Assembly (NCBI GenBank): GCA_964016885.1
Contig: OZ024753.1
Location: 6,944,001-7,008,000 of the forward strand
Length of the DNA: 64,000 bases
DNA from: Eledone cirrhosa
Taxonomy: Eukaryota
Reading direction: 5' to 3'
Shown here in pieces: positions 60,050 through 64,000 of the stretch (positions within the stretch are counted from its first letter, which is position 1; each line of letters begins with the position of its first letter). The notes under the pieces were generated by a model that was not told the origin of the DNA, searched no databases, and saw nothing but the letters and a program-made list of their open reading frames with translations. A program made the translations under genes and the position numbers.

Positions 60050-60593
60050 AAAGGGTCGGACGCCATGCTTTGACGCATAGAGTTACGACCCTTGCCATTC
60101 TGAGTTCAAATCCCGCCGAGGTTAACTTTGCACTTCATCCTTACGGGAGCTCTATAAAATAAAGTGCCAGTAATACACTGGGATAATTGCTGGCCTTGTG
60201 CCAAAAAGTAGAAACAATTATTATTTCAAATAAAGTACCAGTAATGTACTGGGCTCTCTATTGGCAGTATTGTTAGAGCATCGGATACCATGCATCCCTT
60301 TACGTTCTGAGTTCAAATCCCGCCGAGGTTAGCTTTACTTTTCATCCATACGGGGTCGATAAAATAAAGTACCAGTCACTCACTGGGGTCGACTTAATCG
60401 ACATTCCCCACACCCAAAATGGGTGGCCTTGTGCCTCTATAAGAAACCATTATTTAATGAGGTTAGCTTTGCCCGTCATGCTTACGAGGGTCGATAAATA
60501 AAGTGCCAGTACCAGTCACGCACTGAGGTCGATTTAATCGACTTTCCCCTCCCCCCCAAATTGCTAGCCTTGTGCCTATATAAAACCAATATT
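60050..60593 (+). mobile_element. Three tandem SINE copies
   Basis: B-box and/or Meta-like domain repeated. Confidence 0.8.
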
Positions 60594-61509
60594 AAGACAG
60601 TACTTTGGCAAGCGTGATACGTAAGTGATTTTTGCATTAGATTTGCTTGATTGTTTTTGGTTTACAGCACCCACCCCCGTAAAACTCAGCCATCAAATTA
60701 CCAAAAAACTTATCTATCCAACAACAGAGACTGTCTACTCTTGTCTGCCAGTCAATATTACATTTGAATATTCTCCCACCTCTGATTATCTGTTTTATAA
60801 TTTCCTGACTAAATTTTAAATCATTCTATCTTAAAACGTCAGGATTTGAATTAATTTCATACTTTCTATATTTATTCTTTTCCTATTTATTTTTTTAGAT
60901 TTTCAAGTAAAGATTATTATGTCTCTCTCTCTCTCTCTCTCTCTCTGTTTCCCTTTCTCTGTCCATCTCTCTCTCTGTCTCTCGCTCCCCCTCTCTCTCT
61001 CTCTCTGTTTCTCCGTCTCTATCACTCTTTCTCTCTCGCTGTCTATTACTTTCTCCCTCTCTCCATCCCCCCTCTTGCTCTGTCTGCTTCTTTCTCTGTC
61101 TTTCTCTCCCTCTTCCTAGCCCCCCTCTCGCTTTGTCCCTCTCTCTCTCGCTCTTCATGCCCCCCCCTCTGTCTCTCCCCCTCCCTCACTATCTCTCTCT
61201 ATACATGCCATTTCCCAACAAAAATCTTCGCTGACTACCGCCATCCCATCCTCATAGTATAAACACGTTTTAACAAACCTCATCTTATAGAAAACCAGAC
61301 TGTTTATCACATGGTGTCTAGTTTCAACTCTCTCGCATGTTATCGATATATTCATTATACAACAGCATTGTAATACGACTATATTCGCCATTAAAAAACA
61401 CACATGCGATATTACATTTGCTTTTGTGGTACATAACGATATGAAATTTGTAAAAATTTGTAGAAAAAAAACAAAATTCTACAAATTTCATACTTTACGA
61501 CCCAATAAT

Positions 61510-62345
61510 AATTGTTTCTGCTTTTGGCACAAGGCCAGCAATAACCCAGTGCATTACTGGTACTTTATTTTATCAACTCCGTAAGGATGAAAGGCGAAGT
61601 TAACCTCGGCAGAATTTGAACTGACCGTAAATGGCCGTAACTCGTTGCTGTAAAGCATGGCGTCCGACCCTCTACCGATTCTGCCAATCCACCTCCCTAA
61701 TAATGGTTAATAATAAAAATAATGGTTTCTCATATAGGCACAAGGCCAACAATTTGGGTGAGGGGAAAGTCGATTAGATCGACCAGAGTTTGTTGCTGGT
61801 ACTTTATTTTATCGACCCCGTAAAGATGAAATAATAGTAATGGTAAACATACACATACACATAAACCAGGTCCGAAAACAGAGGAGCCAGACTCCCACTG
61901 TCACCGCCTCTCTCACCCTCCTCATCTCTCACTATCATGAGTAAATGAGGCCCCACGTGCTGGCCGCCCCACGGCCCTGGCGGACAGAATAGAGAAGGCG
62001 TTTCCCTATAGACTGGTACTTTATTTTATCGACCCCGTAAGGATGAAAGGCAAAGTTAACTTCGGCGTGATTTGAACTGAACTCAGAACGTAAATGGGCA
62101 TAGCTCTATGCTGCAAGCAAGGTGTCCGACTCTCTACCAATACTGCCAATCCACCGCCTTTGTTTCTACTTTTGGCACAGGACCAGAAATTCACCAGTAC
62201 ATTACTGGTACTTTATTTTATCGAGCCCGTAAGGATGAAAGGCAAAGTTAACCTCGGCGGGATTTGAACTCAGAATGGCAAGGGCCGTAACTCTATGCGT
62301 CAAAGCATGGCGCAGGACCCTCTACCGAGACTGCCAATTCACCAT
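61510..62345 (-). mobile_element. Cluster of four SINE copies on the minus strand
   Basis: Copies at about 61510-61695, 61720-61830, 62010-62160 and 62160-62345. Confidence 0.8.
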
Positions 62346-62359
62346 GACAATAATAATAA

Positions 62360-62620
62360 TGATTTCATTTATTGGCCACAAGGGCCAGCATGTAGGGGAC
62401 AATTCAAAGACGGGTCAGTGGGGTTTACAGTAAGATTGAGTGAAAATATACAATACCAAAACCAATTTAGCAATGTAAAATATAAAAATAAAATATTTAG
62501 GAAAATATAACAAAATATATTCCCCAATAGGGGGTGAACCACCGAGGGGCAACTCAGGTACCCCACCAATCTTGAAAACTTTTGAGGGCACCGGGGATAG
62601 GCATCCCTCTCCTCATCAAG
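62360..62620 (-). mobile_element. Tx1/L1-like LINE 3' UTR
   Basis: Reverse complement resembles 57560-57800. Confidence 0.65.
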
Positions 62621-62624
62621 TTTA

Positions 62625-62900
62625 GACATTGGAGGATTTGGGGCTTAAGGTAGAATCCGACTTTAGATCAGCAAACAAAGTATTCTGACACACCATGCAC
62701 CGATTCCGTAATAAGAAGTCCCCTTCCACGCCTGCAATCAAGAACTCGTTCAGGGTTCTTGTCTCTGAAGAAAGGCTCATCCTCACGAAATGGACAGAAT
62801 ACATTGCTAATCTGTTAAAATCTATCAGAACAAGATTTTCTGATGTAGATGAGGTTCATCTTCGAAATATGACTTACGATTCGGAGGCTGAGTTAACCAG
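62625..62900 (+). pseudogene. RTE-like ORF linker fragment
   Basis: ESDFRSANKVF*..IKNS..EERLILTKWTEYIANLL. Confidence 0.5.
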
Positions 62901-63099
62901 ATGAATTAGAGCTCAAATGCTGCAAGGCTCAAATGTTGGAAGGCTCAAATGCTGGAAGGCTCAAATCAGTAGAATGCAATTTGGCCTCAGATGTTAAACG
63001 TCTTGAATAGTGAATGTATTCTCTGGCTGACGAATGCCCATAATACGAATGCACACAGCCACACGCATATAAACACACAAAAGGACAAACACATTCACA

Positions 63100-63312
63100 C
63101 TTGGCAGTATCGGTAGAGTGTCGGACGTCATGCTTTGCAGCATATAGTTACGGCCCTTTATGATCTGAGTTCAAATCCAACCGAGGTTAACTATGCCTTT
63201 CATTCTTACGGGGTCGATAAAATAAAGTACCAGTCACGCACTGGGATCGATTTAATTGTCTTTTCCCTCCCCCACAAATTGCTGGCCTTGTGCCTATATA
63301 TGAAGAAACCAT
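63100..63312 (+). mobile_element. tRNA-derived SINE
   Basis: tggcagtatcgg A-box, gagttcaaatcc B-box, Meta-like domain. Confidence 0.85.
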
Positions 63313-63317
63313 TATAT

Positions 63318-63510
63318 GCAGTAGAAGGACGACGCAGTAGAGGAAGACCACGAAAAACATGGGCGGAGGTGGTGAGAGCAGACCTCAGATCGTTGAAGCT
63401 CACGGAGGAGATGACGAAGGACCGTGACAAGTGGAGAGATGATGTACTGAATAGGACCCGTCCCACCCTTGCAAGCAGGGAAAAACGTACGTAAAATGAT
63501 GATGATGATT
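63318..63510 (+). pseudogene. RTE LINE 3' end with (ATG)n tail
   Basis: VEGRRSRGRPRKTWAEVVRADL...DRDKWR. Confidence 0.8.
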
Positions 63511-63636
63511 GAAAAGGAGAGAAAGAAGATTAACCAGACAAACAAAGAGTCTGATAGGCGTAGCTAGATACAATTGTAGTCACAAAATAGGCTATTGACT
63601 AGCAGAAAACCACACGTTAGGCGGTTTTATGCTAGT

Positions 63637-63830
63637 CTATATATCTAAAACATACAATGTCTGTCTGTCTGTCTGTCAGCTCACTAAAACTTGAGAACCA
63701 TCCAACCGATTGTTTTCAAACTTTAGTCATGTAATACTTATGGTCCTGTGGGTGTTTTGAGCAAAACATATTTCAAATTTTCAATGCCCTAGGGACCAAA
63801 TTATGCGATTTAGCGTTCTCTCTATATAAT
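63637..63830 (+). mobile_element. Helitron-like non-autonomous element 5' fragment
   Basis: tctatatatctaaaa, (tgtc)n, aaccgattgttttcaaactt. Confidence 0.4.
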
Positions 63831-64000
63831 TCTTAGTCTTTCTTTTTAGATAGATACATAGATATAACGTTGCGCCCTTATAATATCTGTCTGTATGTCT
63901 GGCTGTCTGCATTACGTCATTATGACGCGCTCAGTGTGTGTGTGTGTGTATATATATATATGGATCGTAATGCAGACAGCAAGACATAGCTTTCCTTCCC

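Overview
AT-rich, microsatellite-saturated eukaryotic DNA. The SINE and LINE complement suggests an octopus-like cephalopod, which is an inference. No host protein-coding gene is recognisable, and the long YI/CV/SL ORFs in the track are read-throughs of (TA)n/(CA)n/(GA)n repeats. The only intact genes belong to a full-length CR1-like LINE on the minus strand (about 2731-7740). Its ORF1 has a Myb/SANT-like N-terminus, polyQ and two CCCH fingers. Its APE-RT ORF2 has no usable AUG and overlaps ORF1 in the -1 frame directly over a U_UUU_UUA slippery site, which suggests programmed -1 frameshifting. The most striking signal is a set of at least five unrelated short non-coding families carrying type I hammerhead-ribozyme motifs (CUGAnGA...GAAA...NUH, often with a palindromic stem III). 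Most sit in (TA)n tracts, and many are head-to-head fold-back palindromes with one short arm and one long arm plus a tail. They look like Penelope-like/retrozyme-type elements made by cDNA snap-back. Supporting details are compensatory base changes, unusually long stem II inserts, hairpin apices inside stem II, and a recurring U4A core variant. The rest is tRNA-derived SINEs, Tx1/L1, RTE and R4/Dong LINE relics, and mariner, piggyBac, pogo, hAT and helitron-like non-autonomous elements. All folds and family assignments were made by eye and are untested.
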